From NCBI GenBank assembly GCA_002633005.1, contig NMRA01000074.1, positions 485,275 through 549,274 of the forward strand: DNA of 64,000 nucleotides. The letters run 5' to 3'. A program made the translations under genes and the position numbers. The notes under the pieces are model-generated. The model saw nothing but the letters and a program-made list of their open reading frames with translations, searched no databases and was not told the origin of the DNA. Source of the DNA: Phoronis australis (Eukaryota > Animalia > Phoronida). Of the stretch, positions 1 through 36,200 are shown one piece after another. Numbering within the stretch: position 1 is the first letter of the stretch; every line of letters starts with the position of its first letter.

Positions 1-718
1 AGTCCCGCATTTTGAGAACCAATTTTCTCCACTGAACAAAACAGGCATTAAATTGGTTCTCAAAATCTGAATCCTCTGTGAAAATGATCATTATACTAAA
101 TATAGGTGTTTTTTTATGTAAAGCCTTGGAATCTGTATATTGAACTGTTACCAAACATTCAAAATGGCCTAATTTGTTGAAGAAATGGCTTTGGAGATAG
201 CAGTTGTGTTATGTGAAAGGGGGAGATATGTGGTGACTGCCTCATGGAAATGGTGTTCAGCAGTGACGATGTTATCTGCATTGGGAGATTTTAAGAAGAG
301 CATTGTAATTTTCAAAACTTGATTTCATAAACAACTTTATCACGAATGCATTCTAGTTTATAACTCTTAAAGTTTACACATGGAGGTCATGAAATGTTAT
401 CAGTGCAAGTTTCCAACTTTTGTACCAGTAAACTTGATGTAAAACGTACTAGATTAGCCCGTTAATCCAAAAAATGAGAGACAGTGCGTTTGACACCCTC
501 AAAGTAATATGAGCGTGTAGCTTACTGATTCTTTTGTTCATTTTTTGGAAACTAATGCTGAACACTGATTGCGACATGCAAAGTAGAGTTTAGAAGCACG
601 ATTTCCATGTTCAAACTGAAATGTTTTTATTAAAAAAGTAAAGGAAGAAGGCCACATTTTCAGGCAGCCTTACAATATGGAATTGTTACTCTGTAGAATC
701 ATGAATAATGTAATCATA

Positions 719-1051
719 CTGGGCCTTCACTCTCCTAAAAGGAAAAGATGCCTGTGCCTTCTGATGAGAATTTTTCGGTCGAAGGAAAACCCCTTCTCCC
801 CTTCTGATGAGAATTTTTCGGTTGAAGGAAAACCCCTTCTCCCAGGTCACAAAACCAATTTCATTCTGGTCGCCACCTGAAGTAGCCAAAACTGATGTTT
901 CTCTGAAGTGTTTCTAACCTTAAAGAATTTTTTTAATCACTGAATTAGAATTATTGGGCCTAATGGGGCAAATTTCATGCTAATTTGAAATATAATTCAT
1001 GGGGAATGGGGCCGATATTCGCCTCACAAATCTGAGGCATTGAGGCCCTTG
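719..1051. mobile_element. Degenerate TIR element related to the CAGGGCC-ended element at 13314; contains a 2x43-bp internal tandem repeat (758-843)
   Basis: Ends ctgggccttcact ... attgaggcccttg resemble the 13314-14197 termini in opposite orientation. No clean TSD. Confidence 0.45.
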
Positions 1052-1099
1052 TTGTATATGAACCATTTAAATTCATTAAGGTCTCTACCCTGATTTCAG

Positions 1100-25331
<24,232 letters not shown>

Positions 25332-27740
25332 CAATGATTGACAGGTTGATGTGTTTACACAGATGCAGTCTGTGTGTTTTCAGTGTTTGTGGAGGCAGAG
25401 GTTGCATTTGTTTGCCGGTCTCCCTCGGCTACATGGAGCTTAGTTTTTTCTAATGCATTCTTTCACAGCATTGCTTTCACTTGTTAATTTTGAGTAAACT
25501 TTGTAAACTAAAGATTGATATTGAAGGCACCGAACTGTAATTGAATGAGTGAAATTAAAGGCTTTTCCAGCACTAAAGGATTGTAACTATGGTACAAGAT
25601 AAAAGTAATCAGACAGAATAATATTTTCGCACCATAACGCGTAATTACGTTAACAGCAAAAAAGACTGGTAATAAATGTTACGATGACAAGATTCTATTT
25701 GCAAAATGGTTTAGCCACCATGATAACTTTTCCTTTAATTCACCTTCTTTCTCGATCACGAGGTAAGACTACTCTGGTAATGAATTTGGCTTTCCACCCA
25801 GTCGTCATGACCAAGAATTTGGTGTCATCTTGTCTGAATACTTTTGACTTTTACTGTATTAGGTCAGTGTTGGTTAGAAACTCTTTATTTATGTACCGTG
25901 CCGTTAATAACTTTTCATTCAAAATTTTAGTTAGAATTTTGGGCCCGCCGAAATACGTTTGTTGTTTTCTGTAAATAGTCTGTTTTGCCATTAGCCATAA
26001 CAGTACCATTGCTGCCCTCTTTGGTCACAGTGGGCCGTGATTGTTGTGTGGCCCCAGTCACTGCCCTGATGGTCTGTATTGAGGGATAGTAACAGTTCTG
26101 TAATGAGTAGCCCAGTGCCTTCATTGGCAGCAGTGCAGTGAATTTCGGTCTACAGAGTGAGGCTATTGAAAAGATTTTCATCCTGGTGTAAATATCTTTA
26201 TTCAGCAGAATCTGTCGCTATGTGGGTTGTTTATTGTGTTACATAAAATCCTATACCCTTATTTAATTACATTCCAGTCGGATTGTTTTTATCAGATATT
26301 TGAGTAGTGATTAATTTACATTTGTAATCGTATCAGTGATATGTTGAGCACGTTCAATTTTTGTGATATTCTTCAGTGGCCATGAGTCCATGCTCATTTG
26401 AAGTGCATGCTTACATCGTCTGACGAATGATTAAAGAAAATATGGTGCCCCTTTGTTAATTACATACTTCTTTACTAATGGTCACCATTTTTCGAAGGTG
26501 TTGTAACTCCTTGGTGCAGTAGCTTTCAAAATAAAGTTGGTGAATTTAATGTGTATGACGAAAATTCGCAAAGATATGGTAGTTTCCTTGGAATTCGTTT
26601 GGCTTTGTCAAACTTATGGCAATAACCCAGAAACATTACATTAAATTATTTCGTCAATTTTGGTCGAGAAGGAATGCTGCCTACATTTTTTTTTTTAACT
26701 GCTGCAATTGTGTAGATTTTGATAAGACATCATCATCTTTTTGAAAGCTGCTCTACATTGTGTTTGTAAAAATCCTGACCTATAGTGTTTCATTACTCTT
26801 CAGTTTTTCTTAAAAGTCAGAATTTCAAAGTCTGATGTGGAGGTTGCCATGACCTCGACAGGCATGATAAATGTCGCACCAACTTACTAAAACTATTCCT
26901 GTATTGTATTACATTTGAATGGGTATCTATATTTAACAGTGGAGCCCCGTTTTAATGGCAGACTACACCCTCAAAAACTCGAGAATTTCCTATTGAATAT
27001 TTATATAGTCATGTGTCCCCATTTCAGTATTTTCCAAATATGTGGAAAAGAGGAACAGTCCCTTTTGGATTAGCAATATGTGAAAATAACTTATCCATAG
27101 ACATCCGACATATGTTTCAGTGTTCATCAAGGAATTGACAAAATAGTTGTGTTCACTTGGTTGATCCTTGTATTTTTAATAAAATCTTTCCATAAAAGTC
27201 ATGCAAAGATGTACCGTTTATGACAAAGTATGAAATAACATATCCTAGCCTTTTGTTGGAGAATATTTCTAGCTGATGGTTAAATGTATTTAGCTTGTAG
27301 CTTTTAGATATTCTAATTGTATACATTTTACACTTGTACAAAGTACAATATATTTGTATCTAAAACAGATGGTTTTGTTTACTTATTACTAAATGTAAAC
27401 AGTAGTCCAGGTTGATAGTGTACATATGGGCGAGGCTTGTTCAATAACAATACCCAGCAGGTTAACTTGCTTTTCATCCAGCAACAAATATTTACCAGTA
27501 ATGAAACCACACCTAAGACTTTAAAGTCACTCACAATGCTACCTTAAAAAACTCTCTAGGATTTTTAAATAGGTTAAAACCTTGTGACTGTTTTTTTTTG
27601 AAACACCACTTGAAAGCAGTTAGTACTTGATAGTCGGTGTTCGAGAGAGAGGAACCTTGCTAGAGTAACGTGACTGCTGGCCAGATACTTGTTCAACAAA
27701 TGCAGCGTGGGTGATCTTGGGCTGGGGCTCTTGATGTTAG

Positions 27741-30168
27741 TCCCAGAGGACAAACCAAATCATAAACTGAGACTTTGACAGGCTAGATATCTCTGTAATC
27801 GGTTGCTGGACCTATGAACAAATGTGAGGCTCAAATCTGTTTTGGAGTGGATTCTGTGCTTTTACCTGTGTTTGCATACTGAGGTCATTGTATTATCAGT
27901 ATGCAGGTGGAATGCCGTGAATGAACGTAACATTAAAATGTGGCAATTTCAGAAAGGTCATTTGTTCACCGGTTACAGTGACAGATTTGCATGTAATCGT
28001 AAATAACTAAAAATACAAGACAGAGCGGAATATTTCAATTGCGTAATTAATCTATAATGAGTCCAGTTACATTGTAATTTTGTAGGCAAGTATATAGTTA
28101 AACCAGGAGTGACCCGCAAACATAATTGGTGTCGCTTTGGGGGTAACGACCCTTCGGAGTAAAGACAATTCAAAATATAGAACAAGGAAAACGGAGTTCA
28201 CACAGTGACCATATTATTTTGGAATGAAGGTAGTTCAATCGGAGTAAGAGCGTAATACTGTGTGTATTGCATCTTCATACCAATTTAAAGAGCCGATACT
28301 ACAGAAATGAAATCTTTGGAGAAACTGCCCTTCAGAATAACAATCCACCCCATCGATTCGCCGCCATAATATTATTCTATATACTAGCTTGAAGTTGGCG
28401 AATTGTTACGCTCATCGCCTCATGTATCTATTTTATGTTCTCCTTGGTAAACAAGACGCAGACGTAAGAAGTCAGAAATTTATTCAAGAGTGTACTTTTG
28501 TCTATTTATTTTTCTAATAGAAGTGTTACAAGAATGCCTTATTTACAGATTTATTGTCTTGTTATCAACCCACGTTGAGGTTAAACGGAGTCTTGAGTGA
28601 GACTATAAAATATAAAAACGTGTCAATATTTCGATCATTGACGTCGTCAAATGAAAATGCGATCACTCCACCTCTCAGCGGGGGGTGTGGGGGATCAGTG
28701 CACATCAGAACAGAATTTGAGTACACCTACGCTTGATCACAAAGTTTAAAAGTCCCTTTCACTAGTGAATCTATCAACCAGTATTTTGGGATAACCTGAA
28801 TGCTTAGACTAGAGGAAGAGGAGGCGAGGGCTTGACCGTTTTTCTCAAAATCCTCTAAATACTTTTTTGGCTAAGGCTCTCAAAATTATGCTTCGCTGTC
28901 TTTGTAGCACGACTGAACATTATAATACTATCAGCTGATTGGCGATCAGCCCNCATTCCCAGAGGACAAACCAAATCATAAACTGAGACTTTGACAGGCT
29001 AGATGTCTCTGTAATCGGCTGCTGGACCTATGAACAAGTGTGAGGCTCAAATCTGTTTTGGAGTGGATTCTGTGCTTGTACCTGTGTTGGCATACTGAGG
29101 TCATTATCTTATCAGTATGCAGGTGGAATGCCCTGAATGAACATAACATAAAATGTGGCAGTTTCAGAAAGGTCATTTGTTCACCTGTTACAATGACAGA
29201 TTTGCATGTAATCGTAAATAACTAAAAATACAAGACAGAGCGGGATATTTTAATTGCGTAATTAATCTATAATGAGTCTAATTACATTGTAATTTTGTAG
29301 GCAAGTATATAGGGGTTAAACCAGGAGTGACCCGCAAACATAATTGGTGTCGCTTTGGGGGTAACGACCCTTCGGAGTAAAGACCCTTCAAAATATAGAA
29401 CAAGGAAAACGGAGTTCACATAGTGACCATATTATTTTGGAATAAAGGTAGTTCAATCGGAGTAAGAACGCAATACTATGTGTACTGCATCTTTATACCA
29501 AAGAGCAGATGTAACTACAGAAATGAAATCTTTGGAGAAGCTGCCCTTCAGAATAACAATTCACCCCATCGATTCGCCGCCATAATATTGTTCTATATAC
29601 TAGCTTGAAGTTGGCGAATTGTTACGCTCATCGCCTCATGTATCTATTTTATGTTCTCCTTGGTAAACAAGACGCAGACGTAAGAAGTCAGAAATTTATT
29701 CAAGAGTGTACTTTTGTCTATTTATTTTTCTAATAGAAGTGTTACAAGAATGCCTTATTTACAGATTTATTGTCTTGTTATCAACCCACGTTGAGGTTAA
29801 ACGGAGTCTTGAGTGAGACTATAAAATATAAAAACGTGTCAATATTTCGATCATTGACGTCGTCAAATGAAAATGCGATCACTCCACCTCTCAGCGGGGG
29901 GTGTGGGGGATCAGTGCACATCAGAACAGAATTTGAGTACACCTACGCTTGATCACAAAGTTTAAAAGTCCCTTTCACTAGTGAATCTATCAACCAGTAT
30001 TTTGGGATAACCTGAATGCTTAGACTAGAGGAAGAGGAGGCGAGGGCTTGACCGTTTTTCTCAAAATCCTCTAAATACTTTTTTGGCTAAGGCTCTCAAA
30101 ATTATGCTTCGCTGTCTTTGTAGCACGACTGAACATTATAATACTATCAGCTGATTGGCGATCAGCCC
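27741..30168. repeat. About 1.21-kb direct duplication (27741-28952 / 28957-30168) joined at a single N (28953)
   Basis: Near-identical copies abutting an N; probable assembly or haplotype overlap. Confidence 0.85.
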
Positions 30169-30862
30169 AAATGCCAAATCGGAGCAATGACGCCTTCCCG
30201 TGGTTGCTTGGTTCAAGAACGGCTTGAGTTTATAATTGTCCCTTTGAAACATCGTTTAAATCGTCAATCTCGCCGCTACAAAACTCGTTCCTTGCTCAAA
30301 TGAGAAGTGATTTTATTCTTACAAAGAGTCCACATTTCGTTATCGAATGACTCGCCGTTACAGCCAATGTGTAGAGCTTCGCCTCAAGCGCAGTATAACG
30401 TTTTGTCCAAGTCCGGAAATCCGGCCACCTTCGACTAAGGAATAATTTGAATCCAATTTCATCGTGTGTCTTTTTTCTGACGAGTTAACGGATGCATTCC
30501 CATTTTTTTTAAGTTCGTAAGCTCAACGAGTAGTAAATATTATAGTCATTTGTGTTGCTTTCTGCTTGACTTAGTAGAGACAGAGTGGAAGTCCCACTCG
30601 ATTGCGTTGATAGATGTTTAGATGTACACGAGTAAACAGAATGAAGGAGTGGAAATAAACAAGACTTCAATGCATTCCGGCACTATAATTAAACGAAAAT
30701 GGAATTTGGCTTGTTTTTAGGATAGATTAACAACACCCATTTTTCTTCCCAGTAGATGTCGCAATGAAGTACAGAGGGAATATCTTTCGACTTTAAAAAT
30801 CTCGAGAGGCCAATAAAATTCAAATGCATTGGCCTGGTTAAGGCTGCGACAGGATAAGGGAC

Positions 30863-30869
30863 TATAAAA
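30863..30869 (+). promoter_or_regulatory. Candidate TATA box of gene 2
   Basis: TATAAAA about 30 bp upstream of an ATG-free segment that ends in the donor gacg|gtaaga (30961). The first coding exon begins with an acceptor, so an upstream 5'UTR exon is needed. Confidence 0.4.
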
Positions 30870-33177
30870 CTGCTTGGGTGACACCACACTACACTTGTTT
30901 AGAGACCAGTGGAGGATAGACGAGATTGACTGAATCCAACATATACAACGAGTCGGGACGGTAAGATAATCTGGGTAGAGTTCAGTAACGCTAGTACCTC
31001 GCTACAAAAGCAAGACTTCACGAGATTACGGTACCATATATATTGAGTACTTTCCATGAGAGCACGTGATTTTAACAAGATTTTTATCGCCGCGAGTCAG
31101 CTATTGAATTCTGCCCCGTTTTGTGGAAGTCTGCTATTCAGAACAATTGTCCGGATAATGTATGTTAAGGGGTTGCAGTATCGATAGATTTGGGAGAGTG
31201 GTACGTTATCTAGCAGAGAATATTGAAACTTGCATTCCTTTGTTCTACTCTCTAGTCCAACAGAAAGACTATGACGACAAAACTACACTTCCCGAGTAGA
31301 AATTTAGTGATCGAGTTTAATACATTGAACTGCGACGCTTTCAAAGACTTCTGAATCTTGACAATACTCAAGACAACGGTCGGATATACATGCAGCTAAG
31401 GCTAATAGGAGTTTGCCGGTCAGGGATAATTTGGAGTGAAACGAAATGGTTTTCAAAAACAAGAGAGCGTGTATTCATGCGATTGTGAGACTTACAGTTA
31501 CAAAAATACGCCGTTGGTTGCAACAATATTGCATCCTTATATCACATAAGGGATGAGACAAATAGCCGAGAAATTTTACCATTGTATCTTTAAAACTCAA
31601 TCCCCGCAAGCGCATTTTTAATTTGAAACTGGAATGATTTCTATTCAAGCCGATGGAACATCCCCTGTATATGAAAACCAATTTAAATGACAGTCAAGTC
31701 GAGGATATTAGAGAAATTGGAATTTTAAAGTGGTGTTCATATCTAATTTTCTTCTCCATCACAAAGATACAAAATTTTGGTACACCATATAACTTTCAAA
31801 GTATAGAAAAAGCAACAAAAGCGATAGCGCTAAAAATCAGTCCACTTGCTTTTAGCTGAGTAGCTCTGTGGTGGATTAAGGGGAATGGGGCCATGGCCGC
31901 CTAAAATTCTTCCAGATTCCGTTCGTCTGTTCGTGAGTGCGAATGTCTGACGGTCAAAATTCTGGCTAATACTCTGCCCTGCCCCCCCAACAAAAAACTC
32001 CTGGATCTGCCTCTGTAGCTGGCCAACTATTATAATGCTACCCTTCAATCCGCTCATGGCGAGGAATGAAGCTTTTAACATAGCCAAGCTTCTGATACAA
32101 CAATTGCAATTTAACTGGAAAACGCCGGGTAGTTAATACAACAAGGGTCTCCAGGACAGGCCAGTAAAACTACTTGTTCTACCGACAAACGGTTTGAATG
32201 GAACATTCAATGAACAACAGCTTAGTATGTTAGCATTCGGGTAGATGCAGATGCAGAACCACGAACCGGGTGTAATCCCTCATCCACACCAAAAAACAAC
32301 GAAACAAAAACAGTGCGTGACACTTGCTCAATATAAGCTAATGTACCAATAATGCAATCGATGTCCAGAACCACAACTTAATAAAGCCCTCGTTTCTTAA
32401 CTAAACGAACCGTCTAAAACAGAGGCCGTGCGTGGAACACGTGTGAAAACCAATAACGCACCTGAACCTTTACCATATTATTACACCCAGCCGCAGGTGA
32501 GAGGGTTTTCGCTATCTTAGCATTGTCAAATTCGACCAGTGACTTAACATGGAGGAGTTATTGTTCTTCGGTTGTCAAACAGAACTTAATATGCCCGTTT
32601 TCTTTGGCGACATGTCACTTAATTTATCATTAGCAGCAAAACGGTTTACGATTTAGAGGCGTACTTTTAAATAACGGCGTTTCATAAATAATTCTTTTAT
32701 TTAAATGTTTTTAAATGCTGCTGTAGTCTTGCCAAAACGGACCGTGTTTTTTTGAGCGCCAGGCATGACATTAGTTTAGGCGTATCGGAACTATGCTGTT
32801 TGAAGGTTGTTGTAGTATACCGAAAGACGTTATCTTTCTCTCTTCTTTGCATTTCACTGTCGATGCAACGTCTACAGTGTTTCTTCGTTTTCTGTTATTG
32901 GTTGGTGCTTTGCCTGGCTGCTTTTTGCTTTCAACGAATTTTCCATATTTTGACCAAATCTGGGAAAGACAACTCCCTCCACATATATTAATTTTCCTTA
33001 CGTCTGATCAGGCTACTTACATACTTACATATGGCAAAATATATTTCAAAATGGAACTTGGAGATGCACGTACATGTACACCGTGTATGTAAAACAATTA
33101 TTGCAGCCTACATGGAACAAGTATAAATATAAAATGTAAATTTGTGCATTTTGTCTTTTCAGAATTCATGCAGAGCA

Positions 33178-33244
33178 ATGTTCATGAGGCTCTTATCAGC
33201 GGTGATCGCCATCTTGAGTGTGGTATCAGGCGCTAGCTTGAATG
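33178..33244 (+). CDS. Gene 2 first coding exon: signal peptide
   Basis: Acceptor ttttcag| at 33162; [22 protein letters not shown] |gtaagc, phase 1. Confidence 0.8.
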
Positions 33245-36200
33245 GTAAGCAGGCGAAATTACCGTCAAAACGTGTGCTTTTAAGAGTTTGTGGAGCGAAT
33301 ATTCCTCCCTTAAAACACTTTTATCCAAAGGCAAGAGAAAAATCCATTCTGTGCTAACTAACAACAAAAATATAAAAGTAGACCTACCAAAATCCCACTT
33401 CTAAAAAGAGTCCTAGATGGAGCACCAAAATGTCCACAGGATACAAAGACGCGGGTTCCTGAAAGACGGAACGCCTTGCTAATTTCAACAAAAGTACAAT
33501 GTACATGAGAAATTCTTGTGGTTCTGATGAAAAGTTCCTACTGGTTTGGTGAGTTCACGCAGATCTGTGCTAGACATCGCAATCTAACACATACAAAGCA
33601 CGTGATTTCACTGGGTTTCAATTGATAGTATAATGGGATAAAGAACAGGCTCCCAGGCAAAACAGGCTCGAAACCAAGAGTTGCACGTAGAATGTTTCTT
33701 ATTTGCTACAATCACAATACCTTCAGTAGTGTTAGCCAATTGACATACGACGTTTGTGAATACTCGAGAGTTCAAAGAATTCGTAATTTTAACGTGTATA
33801 TTTGACAGGTCCCGGATCATGCACAGAAAACGACAACCTCTACACCATCTCCAACAGAGATTGCACGTGCTTCCACCAACTTGACACGACGAACGGTAAC
33901 AACGGATATCACAGATGTCCCGCCGGTCTTACATTTAACCCTGCTGTTTGTGTCTGTGACTGGCCGAGAAACTCAGAATGCAGAGGGGCGACGACAGATA
34001 CGTGTCCCCCGGCACCAACCACGATGCCGGCAACTACGATGACTCCTGTCAGTAAGTGTTAACTCTATTTATAGCTTTTACTGCAACGTTGAGTGGAGTT
34101 TTTGGCTAAGATTTTCTTTTGAACAAACAGGTCACTTAATCAAATCTCTTCTATGCTATGCTCTCCGGCACCTCTTCAAAGTCTGTCAATGCTATTGTTT
34201 GTATTGATTTCATGGTCAAAAACTCTGATTTCGCTAAAAACTCATGCAGCCTATTTTTGGAAAACAAATATCTAATTTCCGATTCTTGTTTTGGATGTGT
34301 CCCTATCTCTTCAGTGCGAGGAGTATATCACCTTGAACTACATGTACACCATGGGCCGAGTGGAGTCCACCGATTGGTTTATCTAGAAGATTCATAACCG
34401 CAAATTGGATTAACTGGAGCTTCCTCGTAGTTTAACAGTTCTGGTTGGTGGCCGTAAAAAGGCGGAAACATTCCTTACGTTCTTTTATTTACTAAATTTC
34501 AGAATCTTCAGTTGTGTGTGAACATCAGTCGATGTCGCTTTCCTGCGGTGCAGCAGATGATGTCTTGGCAATAATTTCTGCTACCTATGGACGAAACGAT
34601 GCAAGCACGTGCATCGGAAACGGTCGACCGGTAAAGACAACGAATTGCAGCGCGTCAACATCACTTGGCGTGGTCAGGCGATTGTGTGACGGCAAGAGGC
34701 AGTGTTCAGTTTTGGCAGGGAACAGAGTTTTTGGCGATCCCTGTTACGGGACATTTAAATATCTTGCTGTAGAATACAGATGCAGGCCCATGGAGATTGT
34801 GACGACAGCACCAGGTAATGTAAATTCGGTAATACTGTTAATTTAATGAATGCCAATGTCATTTGTCTCTTAATGCCATATGTCATTGAGTGAATTGAGT
34901 GTTCTTTAAGGTTGTGCATTTAATTTCTTTAAGCTGGCCCCGGTACGTGCGAGGAAAACGGTAACCGCTACACCATTTCAAACCAAGATTGTACGTGCTT
35001 CCACCAAGTAGACACAACCAACGGTAACAACGGATATCACAGATGTCCCGCCGGTCTCACATTCAACCCTGCCGTTTGTGTCTGTGACTGGCCGAGGAAC
35101 TCAGAATGTAGAGGAGCGACGACAGATACGTGTCCCCCGGTACCAACCACGCTGCCAACAACTACGATAACTCCTAGCAGTACGTCTTAGCTGTATGTCA
35201 TGGCTGTTATTGAAACGTTGAGCAAAATTTTTAACCAATGACATTTTCCTGTGAAAGAACAAGTCTCTTCCTCAAATCGCTTCAATGCTATGCTCTTCGA
35301 CACCTCTTGATCGTCCGTCAATGATGCTGTCTGAATTAATGGTCAGAAACACTGATTTTGTCAAAGAGTCATGATGCAGCGCATTCGTTGAAAAGTAATA
35401 TCTTATTTTTGTATTACATGTAGCTGTAACCCTTTGTTTTGCTTCTTTAGTGCAAGGAGTTCATGTTCGAAATAGCACCATGAGCCGAGTGAAGTTCACC
35501 GATTGATTAATTTAGAAGATTTATGGCCGTGAATTTAATAAACTGGAGTTTTGATGTAGTTTAACATTTCCGTTTGAGGCCTTAAAACGGCGAAAACATT
35601 CCTTACGTTCTTTCGTTTACTACATTTCAGCATCTTCAGTTGTTTGTGAGCATCAGACGATGTCGCTTTCCTGCAGTGCAGCAGATAAAGTATTGTCAAT
35701 AATATCGGCAACCTATGGACGAAACGATGCCAGCACGTGCACCGGAAATGGTCGACCGATAAAAACAACGAATTGCAGTGCCTCAACATCACTTGGCGTG
35801 GTCAGGCAATTATGCGACGGCAAACGACAATGCTCAGTCTTGGCAGGAAACACAGTTTTTGGCGATCCCTGTCTCGGGACATTTAAATATCTTACTGTCA
35901 ACTACAGATGCAGGCGCTTGGATATTGTGACGACACCACCAGGTAATGTAAATTCGGTAATGCCGTTAGCCTTGTGAATGTCAGTGTCACCTGTCTTTTG
36001 ATATTACGTTAATGAGTGAATTAGAGTATTCTTTAAAGTAGTATTTTTAATTAATCTAAGCTGGTCCCGGCTCGTGCGAGGAAAACGGTAATCGCTACAC
36101 CATCTCTAACCGAGACTGCACGTGCTTCCACCAAGTGGACACTACCAACGGCAACAATGGATATCACAGATGTCCTGCAGGTCTCACATTCAACCCTGCT

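Noticed and set aside
27824-29952. Duplicated 60-aa ORFs (MRLKSVLEW..., MSCYQPTLR...)
   Set aside because: Non-ATG starts, no recognisable domain, and duplicated only because of the N-joined repeat.
25332-33177. Functional link between the NrxIV/CASPR gene and gene 2
   Set aside because: Only adjacency and shared strand; neighbouring animal genes need not be related and no shared element was seen.
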